The translations under genes and the position numbers were made by a program. This document shows positions 20,979 to 30,192 of a stretch of DNA of 64,000 nucleotides, piece after piece. Position 1 is the first letter of the stretch, and every line of letters starts with the position of its first letter. This stretch comes from Chamaesiphon sp. (GTDB lineage Bacteria > Cyanobacteriota > Cyanobacteriia > Cyanobacteriales > Chamaesiphonaceae), in the NCBI GenBank assembly GCA_965246715.1, contig CBDFFH010000039.1, positions 1 to 64,000 of the forward strand, read 5' to 3'. The notes beneath the pieces are model-generated. The model did not search any database, was not told the DNA's origin, and was given only the letters and a program-made list of their open reading frames with translations.

Positions 20979-21062
20979 ATGCTGTTCTCCAATGCCACTA
21001 CTTATATTGTATGGAGTAGGCCAGACGTTGCACACTCAGTCTTGCAAAACTTCATTAAGCCA

Positions 21063-21588
21063 ACGTCAGTTCGGGATAAGAGGTGCCTGGAGACTGGAAG
21101 TCTCGGCTCATGATACGAAGTCCGCCTGCGCGGACTAGTTAATCAGTCCGCGCAGCGAAAAGTGCTCTACTTGAGGTTTCCCCAAGTAGAGCACTTTTTC
21201 AAGACAGGCGGACTTTGTGATACTAGCCCCGATTTGCGGCTCGCGCTCGTCGGGTTTCCCGACGTAAAAGCGGCTCGCGCTCGTCGGGTTTCCCGACGTA
21301 AAAAACGTCAGTTCGGGATAAGGAAAATTGATTTGCTCCGCTTAAGCACCGCCCTGAACTGGAAGTTCGGGCTAATAACTCAAGTTCTCTGAGGAGAACT
21401 GCCGAATTGATTAGTTCGTTTTAACGAACTTTTGCTATGAGCAACTAATTCATTTGAGGGCGGTCTGGAAACGAAGCGAGGAGTCATCGAGCGGCAATCC
21501 TTATCCCGAACTGACGTTAAAAAGCGAGACAAGACACAATCGGCGGCGGGACTCGAACGAAGCAAATATCCTTAACCCGAACTGACGT
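21063..21588. mobile_element. MITE subtype A with nested insertions, TSD TAAGCCA
   Basis: TIRs ACGTCAGTTCGGG / CCCGAACTGACGT; TAAGCCA at 21056-21062 and 21589-21595; shorter relative at 51092-51238. Confidence 0.9.
21305..21517. mobile_element. MITE subtype D nested inside the subtype A copy, TSD TAAAAA
   Basis: Perfect 20-bp TIRs ACGTCAGTTCGGGATAAGGA / TCCTTATCCCGAACTGACGT; TAAAAA on both sides. Confidence 0.9.
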
Positions 21589-21630
21589 TAAGCCAGAGTT
21601 GGCAACAAAGTTAGTCTCGATCGGTAAAGC

Positions 21631-23088
21631 TTAAATTAAGATACAACCGCTACGCGCAGGAAGATCGATCGACAGGAGCCGATCTTCCTGCTGCCAAACA
21701 ATCTCCGCCGTGCCAAATAATAATTGACTCACCCGATTATTGACTCCCAATACCGTCAGATCGAGACTGACTGTTGCCGACTCCATCCCCACATTTACCG
21801 CAACGAGTAGCTCTACATCCGCCAATGTCCGCATGAAGACATAAGCATTCCCTACTGCTGCTAATACTCGATAAGTACCGATCCGTAACGCCGGATACTG
21901 ATGTCGCAACGCGATCAGCTGACGATGATAGTCCAATAGCTCCCGATCCCAATCAGCTTCCTTTGGAAAACCGCGCCGCGAGTCAGGATCGATCGCGCCT
22001 ACCAATCCTACTTCATCGCCATAATAAATACTGACAGCACCAGGAAAAGTAAATAATAGCAACGTTGCCAACTCTACACTCGCTCGATCGTGTTGCGCGA
22101 TCGACATCAGTCTTGCAGTATCGTGACTGGCTAAGAGATTAAACTGCGCGAGCTGAATTTCCCACGGATAGAGATCCAATAACTGTTGAATTTTGGCTGC
22201 ATAAGCTGGAGCCGACAATGCCGGATAAGGTTCGTAACTGCGCGAGCGCACGTAGTCTAATACCACCCGATCTCCAGTTGTGAACGCGATCGTCGGTGCG
22301 GTAAATAGATAATTCATCACCCCATCAAACTGCTTCCCGTCCAGCCATTGCCGCGCATCGCGCCACACTTCCCCCACGATATAAGCTTCGGGATCGATTG
22401 CCTTGACGCGATCGCGAAACTCTTGCCAAAACCCCTCACTGCGAATTTCAAACGGCACATCTAGCCGCCACCCATCGATTCCCACCCGCAGCCAGTGTTC
22501 GGCAATCTGCATAATGTACTCGCGGACATCAGGATTATCGTGAGCGAATACTGGAAGCGCGCGATTACCACCCCAACCTGCATAATTAGCTGGCAACTTG
22601 CCATCATAAGCTGATAGCGGCCAATCATCGATTTTAAACCAATCTACCCACGGGGAAGTAGGGCCATTTTCCAAAATATCACCAAAGAAATAAAAACCCC
22701 GACTGGCATGATTGAAGACCCCATCCAAAACGACTTTCATCCCGCGCTGATGCGCCGCAGCCAAGAGTTCTAAAAAAGCGGTATTGCCACCTAAGATCGG
22801 ATCGACTTGATAATAGTCGTGAGTATGATACCGATGATTGCAAGTAGACTGAAAAATTGGTGTAAAACACAGCGCATTAATCCCCAAATCCTGAAGGTAA
22901 TCGAGCTTGTCGATAACGCCCCATAAGTCTCCACCCTTATAGCCTGCCAATGTCGGCGACGCATCCCAATCTTCCCACTGCGGATCTTGCAACAACCGTT
23001 GGGGCGATCGCTGCCCGATCGCTAATCGATCGGGGAAAATCAGATAAAAAACTGCATGTTTTACCCAGTCTGGTGTTTGAATATTCAC
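21631..23088 (-). CDS. GH13 neopullulanase/cyclomaltodextrinase
   Basis: PDWVKHAVFY.IFPDR, GGDLWG, LDGVFNH, IDGWRLDVP, IVGEVW, LASHDT, YYGDEVG. Confidence 0.93.
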   Translation of the reverse strand: MNIQTPDWVKHAVFYLIFPDRLAIGQRSPQRLLQDPQWEDWDASPTLAGYKGGDLWGVIDKLDYLQDLGINALCFTPIFQSTCNHRYHTHDYYQVDPILGGNTAFLELLAAAHQRGMKVVLDGVFNHASRGFYFFGDILENGPTSPWVDWFKIDDWPLSAYDGKLPANYAGWGGNRALPVFAHDNPDVREYIMQIAEHWLRVGIDGWRLDVPFEIRSEGFWQEFRDRVKAIDPEAYIVGEVWRDARQWLDGKQFDGVMNYLFTAPTIAFTTGDRVVLDYVRSRSYEPYPALSAPAYAAKIQQLLDLYPWEIQLAQFNLLASHDTARLMSIAQHDRASVELATLLLFTFPGAVSIYYGDEVGLVGAIDPDSRRGFPKEADWDRELLDYHRQLIALRHQYPALRIGTYRVLAAVGNAYVFMRTLADVELLVAVNVGMESATVSLDLTVLGVNNRVSQLLFGTAEIVWQQEDRLLSIDLPARSGCILI

Positions 23089-23214
23089 GACTTAGTTTAG
23101 ATTTAAGAGTCGAACCAAATTCGATCGAATGGTGCTTAAATATCTATATTATATCGAGTATTTTAAAAGGGTCAATCCAAATATTTACTTGTCGTCGGAT
23201 TGATTTCTGAATAG

Positions 23215-23607
23215 CTACTGTTGAATTTCATATATTTCCAGCGGTAGACCGTCGGGATCTTGGAAAAAAGTAAATTTTCTACTCGTAATCGAATCTACTC
23301 TAATTGGTTCGACCTCAATCCCCATGGAAGTTAGATAATTAACATTGTCTTCGATCCGTTCGACTGCAAAAGCTAAATGTCTCAATCCACAGGCTTCTGG
23401 CTGACTCCATCGATGGGGAGGAGCTGGAAATGAAAACAATTCGATCGCGTCATCCTTGCCAACTCTCAAGTCTAACTTGTAGGAATTCCGTTCGCTTCTA
23501 AAAGTTTCGGCAATGATTGGAAATTTGAGAATATCTACATAAAAACTTTTCGATCTTTCATAGTTAGAACAAATTATCGCAACATGGTGAATTTTATTTA
23601 CTTGCAA
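23215..23607 (-). CDS. VOC/glyoxalase family protein (YaeR-like)
   Basis: IHHVAIICS, IELFSFP, PEACGLRHLAF, FFQDPDGLPLE. Confidence 0.9.
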   Translation of the reverse strand: MQVNKIHHVAIICSNYERSKSFYVDILKFPIIAETFRSERNSYKLDLRVGKDDAIELFSFPAPPHRWSQPEACGLRHLAFAVERIEDNVNYLTSMGIEVEPIRVDSITSRKFTFFQDPDGLPLEIYEIQQ

Positions 23608-23667
23608 TTGCAGATCCCTCGCGATCGATTACTGAATCGGACTTCCCAGGTTAAAAAACCGCCAAAT

Positions 23668-24978
23668 TTATAGGACTCGAATGATACTGGAGATAGTAGC
23701 GATCGATCCGAGGTTTTTAATTTCGGTGAGGGCTGCATCAAAATCTCCCTGAGACACATCGTGAGTGACGACAACGATTTCAGCACGACCACCATGTAAT
23801 CCGGTTTGGACGATCGATTCTAGACTCACGCCATGAGCGCCAAACCTAGTGCCCAATTTACCGATCGCGCCCGGAATATCCTCACACGAGAACCGCACGT
23901 AGAAACTACTCGACAACACCGATAAAGGTGCCATTTCACAATAGTGGGTATGAGCACAACTCAATAACGGGTGGAGCGCGGTATTGGGCGAGTTGACGGC
24001 ATCTTCGCGGACTGGGTTGCTATGGAGGACACCGACGATCGCCAGAATATCGGAAACTACTGCCGAAGCTGTCGCTCCCGCGCCTGCACCAGGGCCGAAT
24101 AACATCACTTGTCCCAAGGGTTCGCCTTCGACTAAAATCGCATTGTAGACACCGTTGACAGTGGCGAGCGGACGGTCTTTGGGGACGAAGGTGGGATGTA
24201 CCCGTACTGAGATCTTATCGTCGGTGACGCGTTCGGCGATCGCGAGTAATTTGATGACAAAATTGAGTTTTTCGGCATAGGCGATATCTGTCGCACTGAT
24301 TTTGCGGATCCCCTCACAATACACATCCTCCCGCCTAATTCTGCCGCCAAAGGCCAGCGATGCCAAAATCGCGATTTTATCCCCAGCATCCAATCCATCC
24401 ACGTCAGCGGTCGGATCTGCCTCCGCGTAGCCCAATTTTTGCGCGTCGGCGAGAATATCTGCAAATTCACCACCTTCGACGGTCATGCGCGTGAGGATAT
24501 AGTTAGTCGTACCATTAATAATCCCCGTCACTCGTTGAATGCGGTTGACCCCAAGGGATTGTTTGAGCGGTTGGATCACTGGAATGCCACCGCCGACGGC
24601 TGCTTCGAGCATCACATATACGCCAGCTTGGTTGGCAGCCGTGAAGATTTCATCACCGTATTTGGCGATAACTGCTTTGTTGGCGGTGACGATATGTTTA
24701 CCATGCGCGATCGCTTTGAGCATCAAGCTGCGTGCGGGTTCGATCCCACCCATGACTTCGACGATTATCTCGATTTGGGGATCGCTGACGATCGAGTCGA
24801 GATCGGTAGTGAGTAGCTCTGGCGGAAGTTCGACAGCGCGAGGTTTATCGATCGATCCCACCCCGACGCGGTGAATTTCGACAGACTTGAGTAAGTGATG
24901 TCGCCCGACGGGATCTAGTAAAATTTCAACTGTTCCCGTACCAACGGTTCCCAGTCCTAAGATGCCAATTTTAACCAC
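23668..24978 (-). CDS. hom: Homoserine dehydrogenase with C-terminal ACT domain
   Basis: GLGTVG, VTANKA, EAAVGGGIP, NGTTNYIL, GYAEADP, GPGAG...TASAV. Confidence 0.95.
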   Translation of the reverse strand: MVKIGILGLGTVGTGTVEILLDPVGRHHLLKSVEIHRVGVGSIDKPRAVELPPELLTTDLDSIVSDPQIEIIVEVMGGIEPARSLMLKAIAHGKHIVTANKAVIAKYGDEIFTAANQAGVYVMLEAAVGGGIPVIQPLKQSLGVNRIQRVTGIINGTTNYILTRMTVEGGEFADILADAQKLGYAEADPTADVDGLDAGDKIAILASLAFGGRIRREDVYCEGIRKISATDIAYAEKLNFVIKLLAIAERVTDDKISVRVHPTFVPKDRPLATVNGVYNAILVEGEPLGQVMLFGPGAGAGATASAVVSDILAIVGVLHSNPVREDAVNSPNTALHPLLSCAHTHYCEMAPLSVLSSSFYVRFSCEDIPGAIGKLGTRFGAHGVSLESIVQTGLHGGRAEIVVVTHDVSQGDFDAALTEIKNLGSIATISSIIRVL

Positions 24979-25105
24979 AACTCGATCGTCTTTAGATAAT
25001 TATTCTGCTGTTTAGATTTTAAGCTAGTAAGTACCTAAATTTCAGCCTCACCTTTCCAGAGACTGGCGATGAGGCTGAATCGAGCTAAATTAATAGAGCT
25101 AGTAA

Positions 25106-25453
25106 TTAGTGTTTTTGTCCTTTGGGATCGGAGCCATATTTATTCGCCCCTACTTGACCAGCTTCGATCGCGTAAATCAAACTAACGATCGGGACGATAC
25201 ACCACCAACCATTTCTATCTGTATCGTGCATTCTTCGAATGTTAACAGCAATACTTGGAATTAAAACTGCCAAACTGTAAATGTTCCCTAGCACTGTCTG
25301 ATCGGTCTTAGTGGCTGCACTCATAAACCCAGTGACAAACCCAATTGCCACAGAAATAATTAGATGAAACAGAAAAAACATCCAATATTCTTGTCTACTC
25401 GCACGACCCTCAAATACTGCATACTTTTTAAGTACCTTAATATACCATTCCAT
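25106..25453 (-). CDS. DUF805 membrane protein
   Basis: YAVFEGRASRQEYW, RRMHD, NKYGSDP; start set at MEWY. Confidence 0.9.
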   Translation of the reverse strand: MEWYIKVLKKYAVFEGRASRQEYWMFFLFHLIISVAIGFVTGFMSAATKTDQTVLGNIYSLAVLIPSIAVNIRRMHDTDRNGWWCIVPIVSLIYAIEAGQVGANKYGSDPKGQKH

Positions 25454-25624
25454 AGTTACCCCTGATTTGTTGAAAACTCGCTTCGATCGAGACAACGAGC
25501 TTGTCTGCGACAAACACGATCGTCGATCTTATCTAAGTATTCCCTGCAAACCATCAAAAGTTAAATCGGGTTGTGGCGATCTTGACTTTTCCACAACAAT
25601 AGCTCGATCCTAAATCCGTCAGAT

Positions 25625-27688
25625 CTAAGTTATCTCAACGATCTCGGTATAGTCAAAATCATTGGGACTGCGCTCGATCAGTGAGTAACGACGACCTTTG
25701 ATTTCGAGATAATCTTCGGGGCAATCTGGCTTGGAAGTATAATAAGTTAAGATATATTGCTTGCCGATTTTAGGCTGCATTTCGGTTTCTACTTCGTCAC
25801 GCCATTGAGTTTTGGTAACGAGGACGATGAGTTGACTGGCTAGTTGGGGGAGGATCTGCGCGATCTGGCGGCGGGAAATGCGATCGAGACTGCCGAATGG
25901 CGAATCCATGACGATCGGGAAGGTATTGCTCTGGGGAACTGCCAATAGTTTTTGTTCGCTCCATTCCCGCACTCTGTCAATAATCCCACCGATAAATGAG
26001 AGACTGAGGATCTGATTTTCGCCAGTAGATGCGGCGACGATCGTTTCTACTTCTCTAGTAGTTTCAACCAACATTAATTCGTATTTTTCGGTAATCTTCG
26101 GTAAATAAGGTGTAACCGAAATCGTTTGGAAAATTTGTTGGACGCGTTGCTCTAGTTCCAGCCGAAATTGTTGTTCTTGCTGGTGGCGGATGGCGATTAA
26201 TTCTTCGATCGCTTCTCGGGTAGCTTGGAGTCGCCGCGACGCTAAATTCTGACGATCTTGGTTAGCTTGTTGTTTGGTAATTTGTTTGGCTAAGGCTTGA
26301 ATTTGACCTTCGATATGCACGATCTGTTGGTTGTTTTGTCCGCGATCGAGTGTGAGATCGCGAATTTTGATTTCGATCTCGTCGAGCCGTTTTTGGAGAT
26401 TGCTAATTTCAACATTAGTATCTTGACGGAGTTGTGCTTCGAGGTTGTCTAATTTGGTTTCTATTTGGCTAATTTCGGCTCTAGCAGTGGTAGCCGTTTG
26501 TTGCTGAAGATCGATCGCTTGCCAAAACTCGCTACCTTTAGTTTCGATACTTTCAACTTGAGTAATCAGCCGCATGGTTGTCTCTTCCATCACCGCAATG
26601 CTGGCACGAGACAGCCAGGTTTGGACTTGGATGTATGCGGCAGTATTTGGCGTTAATTCCGTGCCACAGAGACAATTTTGATGGAGCAGGAGTTGGCTGA
26701 GAAACTCGCGTGAGATGCCTTGATTGAGTTCGCCACGATCGCGCAATTCACCGACAAGCTGCTGGAAGTCGCGAGTTAGCGCTGGCAGTAAGACGGTATA
26801 GGCTTGGGTGGAGACGATCTGTTTGATTGTTGACTGAGCCTGACGGAGTTGAGTTTGATGGGTGGCTTTGGTACTTTCTAATTCTTGACGTTGCGCTTGG
26901 ATGGCAGTGGCAGCGGTGAGTTCGAGCAAATGTTGGCCGATCTCTTGCTTGATGCGATCGAAGTTAGCAATTTCTTGGGCGATTTCTGTTTGACGCTGAT
27001 AGATCCGATCGATTTCTTGTTGCGACTGTTGTTGCGATTTGAGTAAGTCTTTTGTCGTCGTATCGCCGATTTGACTGAGTTCGATTTCGAGCGTCTTTTT
27101 TGCTTTACCAAGATGATCGATCGCGCGATTTAAAACTTCCACCCCGAGTAAAATTTTCGTAGCTTCGGCGATTTCCAAGCGTTTATCCTGACGGACGATT
27201 TGCTCGATCCGTTCGCCATCGAAAAAGAAGTATTGATGCAAACTGGCAGGTAATATTCTGCCGATAATTTCGTCTGGCGGTTGTTGGGGGTGCAGCCATT
27301 TACCATCGGCATCGCCGATGTAGAGATAGAGTAATTCGTTATTGACGATATTGACTTCAGTTTGCTGTTTGTAGGCGCGACACATCCGTTTGGCACGATA
27401 CCGTTTGCCATCGTGTTCCCAGGCGATTTCTACCCACGCATCAACCGCATTCCCAATTTCAGTTTCAGCGATCGCGCGTTTATTCACAAGTTGCTGGGAT
27501 TCAGCAAAAGCAGCGGTAAATTTTTCGTATAGTACCCACGTAAATGCATTGAGCATCGTGGTTTTACCTGCGCCATTATTGCCATGCACGATCGTGGTGT
27601 TGCGATCTTTGTCGGTAGCGAGCTGGATTTCGGGAGTTTCGCCGTAAAATTGCCGAAAATTACACAAACGAATCGTGGTGAGCTTCAT
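25625..27688 (-). CDS. Rad50/SbcC/DndD-like SMC-type ABC ATPase
   Basis: NFRQFYG, Walker A GNNGAGKTT, YFFFDGE, coiled coils with CLCG hook, signature-like ASTGE, Walker B/D-loop IVMDSPFGSLD; start set at MKL. Confidence 0.85.
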   Translation of the reverse strand: MKLTTIRLCNFRQFYGETPEIQLATDKDRNTTIVHGNNGAGKTTMLNAFTWVLYEKFTAAFAESQQLVNKRAIAETEIGNAVDAWVEIAWEHDGKRYRAKRMCRAYKQQTEVNIVNNELLYLYIGDADGKWLHPQQPPDEIIGRILPASLHQYFFFDGERIEQIVRQDKRLEIAEATKILLGVEVLNRAIDHLGKAKKTLEIELSQIGDTTTKDLLKSQQQSQQEIDRIYQRQTEIAQEIANFDRIKQEIGQHLLELTAATAIQAQRQELESTKATHQTQLRQAQSTIKQIVSTQAYTVLLPALTRDFQQLVGELRDRGELNQGISREFLSQLLLHQNCLCGTELTPNTAAYIQVQTWLSRASIAVMEETTMRLITQVESIETKGSEFWQAIDLQQQTATTARAEISQIETKLDNLEAQLRQDTNVEISNLQKRLDEIEIKIRDLTLDRGQNNQQIVHIEGQIQALAKQITKQQANQDRQNLASRRLQATREAIEELIAIRHQQEQQFRLELEQRVQQIFQTISVTPYLPKITEKYELMLVETTREVETIVAASTGENQILSLSFIGGIIDRVREWSEQKLLAVPQSNTFPIVMDSPFGSLDRISRRQIAQILPQLASQLIVLVTKTQWRDEVETEMQPKIGKQYILTYYTSKPDCPEDYLEIKGRRYSLIERSPNDFDYTEIVEIT

Positions 27689-27699
27689 GTAGATCTCTT

Positions 27700-27741
27700 G
27701 TGGGTGTCGGAACCCACCCCTAGCCACTCCTGGGAGAGGAG
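27700..27741. repeat. REP-like repeat
   Basis: ACCCACCCCTAGCCACTCCTGGGAGAGGAG, related to the reverse complement of 61744-61782. Confidence 0.45.
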
Positions 27742-27808
27742 TAACAATGAGGAGTTAGGATGTTACTTATTATACTAGGACAAGCTAGATCTAGATAAGG
27801 CCAGCGGT

Positions 27809-27946
27809 CTACTTGACGATTTCTTTGATGATTTGCAGGATATCATCGTTGATGGGCGAATTTTTTTTGCGATCGAGTCGGTCTTTTTCAAGTTGGAGGA
27901 CACGCTCGATAATTTGACGAATTTCTGGTGTGGGAGTTTGAGGCAT
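27809..27946 (-). CDS. 45-aa hypothetical protein upstream of the SMC-like ATPase
   Basis: MPQTPTPEIRQIIERVLQLEKDRL...INDDILQIIKEIVK, amphipathic helices, co-oriented between PSRP-3 and the ATPase. Confidence 0.65.
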   Translation of the reverse strand: MPQTPTPEIRQIIERVLQLEKDRLDRKKNSPINDDILQIIKEIVK

Positions 27947-28026
27947 CAGTGTAAGAGGGGGCGATCGGGCGATCGGGCAAATTATCGTCAACTAAATAAC
28001 CAATACCCAATACCCAATCTAAGAAA

Positions 28027-28356
28027 TTAATTGCTACCTGTAAAGATAACTTCAGGAAACTTGAGCTGAGCTTCGGGTAAGGGGCGACCTTTGCCTTCTT
28101 CTTGCCAGTAGTTGATCACTTCAGTCGCTTGGTTGAGGATACCCACACGATCGACTTCAGCGATCCAGTGCTTGGCTTCTAGCTCGGCTTTGAGTTGTTC
28201 CCACGCATCGTTACGCGGCCAGAAAAAATAAGCGGTCAAGGGACTCAAACCTTTGCCAACTACTTGGTCTACTGCCAAGGCAACGTTTTCATCCAACCAG
28301 AGGACTTTTAAAAGAAATTTAGCTGTGGTGATAATGGTTTCGGTCGCTTCTGTCAT
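28027..28356 (-). CDS. ycf65: 30S ribosomal protein PSRP-3 (Ycf65)
   Basis: [18 protein letters not shown]...[19 protein letters not shown]...[12 protein letters not shown]. Confidence 0.95.
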   Translation of the reverse strand: MTEATETIITTAKFLLKVLWLDENVALAVDQVVGKGLSPLTAYFFWPRNDAWEQLKAELEAKHWIAEVDRVGILNQATEVINYWQEEGKGRPLPEAQLKFPEVIFTGSN

Positions 28357-28428
28357 ATTTATTTGTTAGTTTGGACACACAATCTATAATTGTACCATCT
28401 AAATTATCCAGCATAGTAGCAGACCCAG

Positions 28429-29205
28429 ATGAGTGCGATCGTCATATTTGATATCGATGGAGTAATTCGAGATGTCGGCGGTTCTTATCGCCGTGCGTTA
28501 GCAGATACAGTGGCGGAATTTACCAAGGGTGGCTATCGTCCGACCGCCGTAGACATCGATACGCTCAAGAGTGAAGGAATTTGGAATAACGACTGGGAAG
28601 CCTCGCAGGAGTTGATTTATCGCTATTTCGAGCAGCAGGGGCAAGATCGCACCGATGTCAGGCTAGATTATGGTCGGATCGTCGCCTATTTTCAGACTAA
28701 ATATCGTGGTACCGATCCAGTGAATTGGAATGGCTATATCTGCGATGAACCGCTGCTAGCTACGCCCGAATATTTTGCCACATTAACTGCGGCAAACATG
28801 CCGTGGGGCTTCTTTAGTGGTGCGACCCAAGGCTCGGCAAGTTATGTATTAGAGCGCCGATTGGGGCTGTCAGACCCAATTTTAGTGGCAATGGAGGATG
28901 CTCCCGGCAAACCCGATCCACAAGGGTTATTGATGACGGTAGAAAAGTTGAGAGCGACGCATGAACATATTCACGAACTCCCCATCGTGTATGTCGGTGA
29001 TACGGTTGCTGATATGTATACAGTCGTCAAAGCTAGGAGATCCAAACCCGATCGTCGGTTTATTGCAATTGGTGTACTACCACCGCATATCCACGGTGAT
29101 GTCGATCGCGTCCGCGCATATACGGCAGCTTTGATCCAAGCAGGTGCTGATTTGGTAATCGCGAGTGTTTTAGAACTAACTCCCGCACTCATTGCCGCAC
29201 AGTAA
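28429..29205 (+). CDS. HAD-superfamily hydrolase (cyanobacterial conserved type)
   Basis: FDIDGVIRDV, GIWNNDW, DAPGKPDP, YVGDTVADM. Confidence 0.9.
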   Translation: MSAIVIFDIDGVIRDVGGSYRRALADTVAEFTKGGYRPTAVDIDTLKSEGIWNNDWEASQELIYRYFEQQGQDRTDVRLDYGRIVAYFQTKYRGTDPVNWNGYICDEPLLATPEYFATLTAANMPWGFFSGATQGSASYVLERRLGLSDPILVAMEDAPGKPDPQGLLMTVEKLRATHEHIHELPIVYVGDTVADMYTVVKARRSKPDRRFIAIGVLPPHIHGDVDRVRAYTAALIQAGADLVIASVLELTPALIAAQ

Positions 29206-29256
29206 TAGATTGCGCTGGCGCAATTGCAACCACCGCTACCTCAATACTAATAATAT

Positions 29257-29412
29257 TCACAGCTTTTACCAATAAACAAGGACTGGAAAAAGCGTAGATC
29301 TTAGGGTACCCACAAGGGGCACCCCTACACAATTAACCTGTAGGGGTGCCCCTTGTGGGTACCCTGGATCTACACTAAGCAACAGTATATTGAAACTGGT
29401 GCAAGATGTGAG
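29257..29412. mobile_element. MITE (TCACA...TGTGA ends) carrying a GTAG-type REPIN
   Basis: Imperfect TIRs TCACAGCTTTTACCA / TGGTGCAAGATGTGA with AATAT on both flanks; inner inverted REP pair 29294-29373 (GTAGGGGTGCCCCTTGTGGGTACCC). Confidence 0.7.
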
Positions 29413-29576
29413 AATATCGATCGATTCGATCGTTAGTAGGAAGTTAAGGATGGAAAAAACTTCATCCCCAGACAGGTGTGGACGACGCTACTATGAATGT
29501 GAGTTTTCCACACCTATCAAATCTTAGGGAATCTGAGATGATAGAAATAGCTCAGAAATAGCTTAAGGAAACCGAT

Positions 29577-29876
29577 ATGAAGACCTTCTCTATCCAATCG
29601 ATTTACAACTGGTATCGCGGTTTGTTACAGAATCCCAAGTATCGTTGGTGGGTCGTAGCTGGCTCGATCGTTTATCTCGTCAGTCCGTTAGATATTTCAC
29701 CCGATATTTTCCCGGTAGTTGGTTGGATCGATGACGGTATTGTCATCTCGTTATTGATAGCTGAAGTGTCGCAAATTGTTAAAGCTAAATTAGAAGAAAA
29801 AAGCGTTCGCACCGATAAAGCAACAGAACCAGTGGCTGACAATACAGTTGACGTAAATGCAGTTCAGGTTGAATAA
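29577..29876 (+). CDS. YkvA/DUF1232 family protein
   Basis: YLVSPLDISPDIFPVVGWIDD. Confidence 0.9.
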   Translation: MKTFSIQSIYNWYRGLLQNPKYRWWVVAGSIVYLVSPLDISPDIFPVVGWIDDGIVISLLIAEVSQIVKAKLEEKSVRTDKATEPVADNTVDVNAVQVE

Positions 29877-29978
29877 TCGATTTCTATCAAATCCAATAAA
29901 TATCTAAATCGAACGACCCCACATTGATTAATGCAAGGTCGTTTTTTGATATCTACATGTTTTTGAAAATTTAGAGTA

Positions 29979-30177
29979 ACGTGAGTACGGGTTAAAGATA
30001 TTTGCTCCGTTCTAGCACCGCCCTCGATTGAAATCGGTGCTAGTGGTACAAAGTCCGCCTTCGCGGACTAATAAACTAGTCGGCGAAGGCAGGCTTTTGC
30101 CGCGAGCGGCAACAACCGGACTTTGCATTATGAGCCGAGACTTCAGTCTCCAGGGTACTCTTATGCCGAACTTAGCT
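29979..30177. mobile_element. MITE subtype A, reverse orientation, with REPIN core and hairpin insert
   Basis: Ends ACGTGAGTACGGGTTAA / TTATGCCGAACTTAGCT; flanks TAGAGTA / TAGAGCA. Confidence 0.8.
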
Positions 30178-30192
30178 TAGAGCAGGATCGTT

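Noticed and set aside
21236..21303. 34-bp direct repeats as a CRISPR array
   Set aside because: Only two adjacent copies with no spacer and no cas genes; it is a tandem duplication within a hairpin element.
21162..21565. ORFs 21162-21392 and 21380-21565
   Set aside because: They lie wholly within nested repeats and have no protein-like features.
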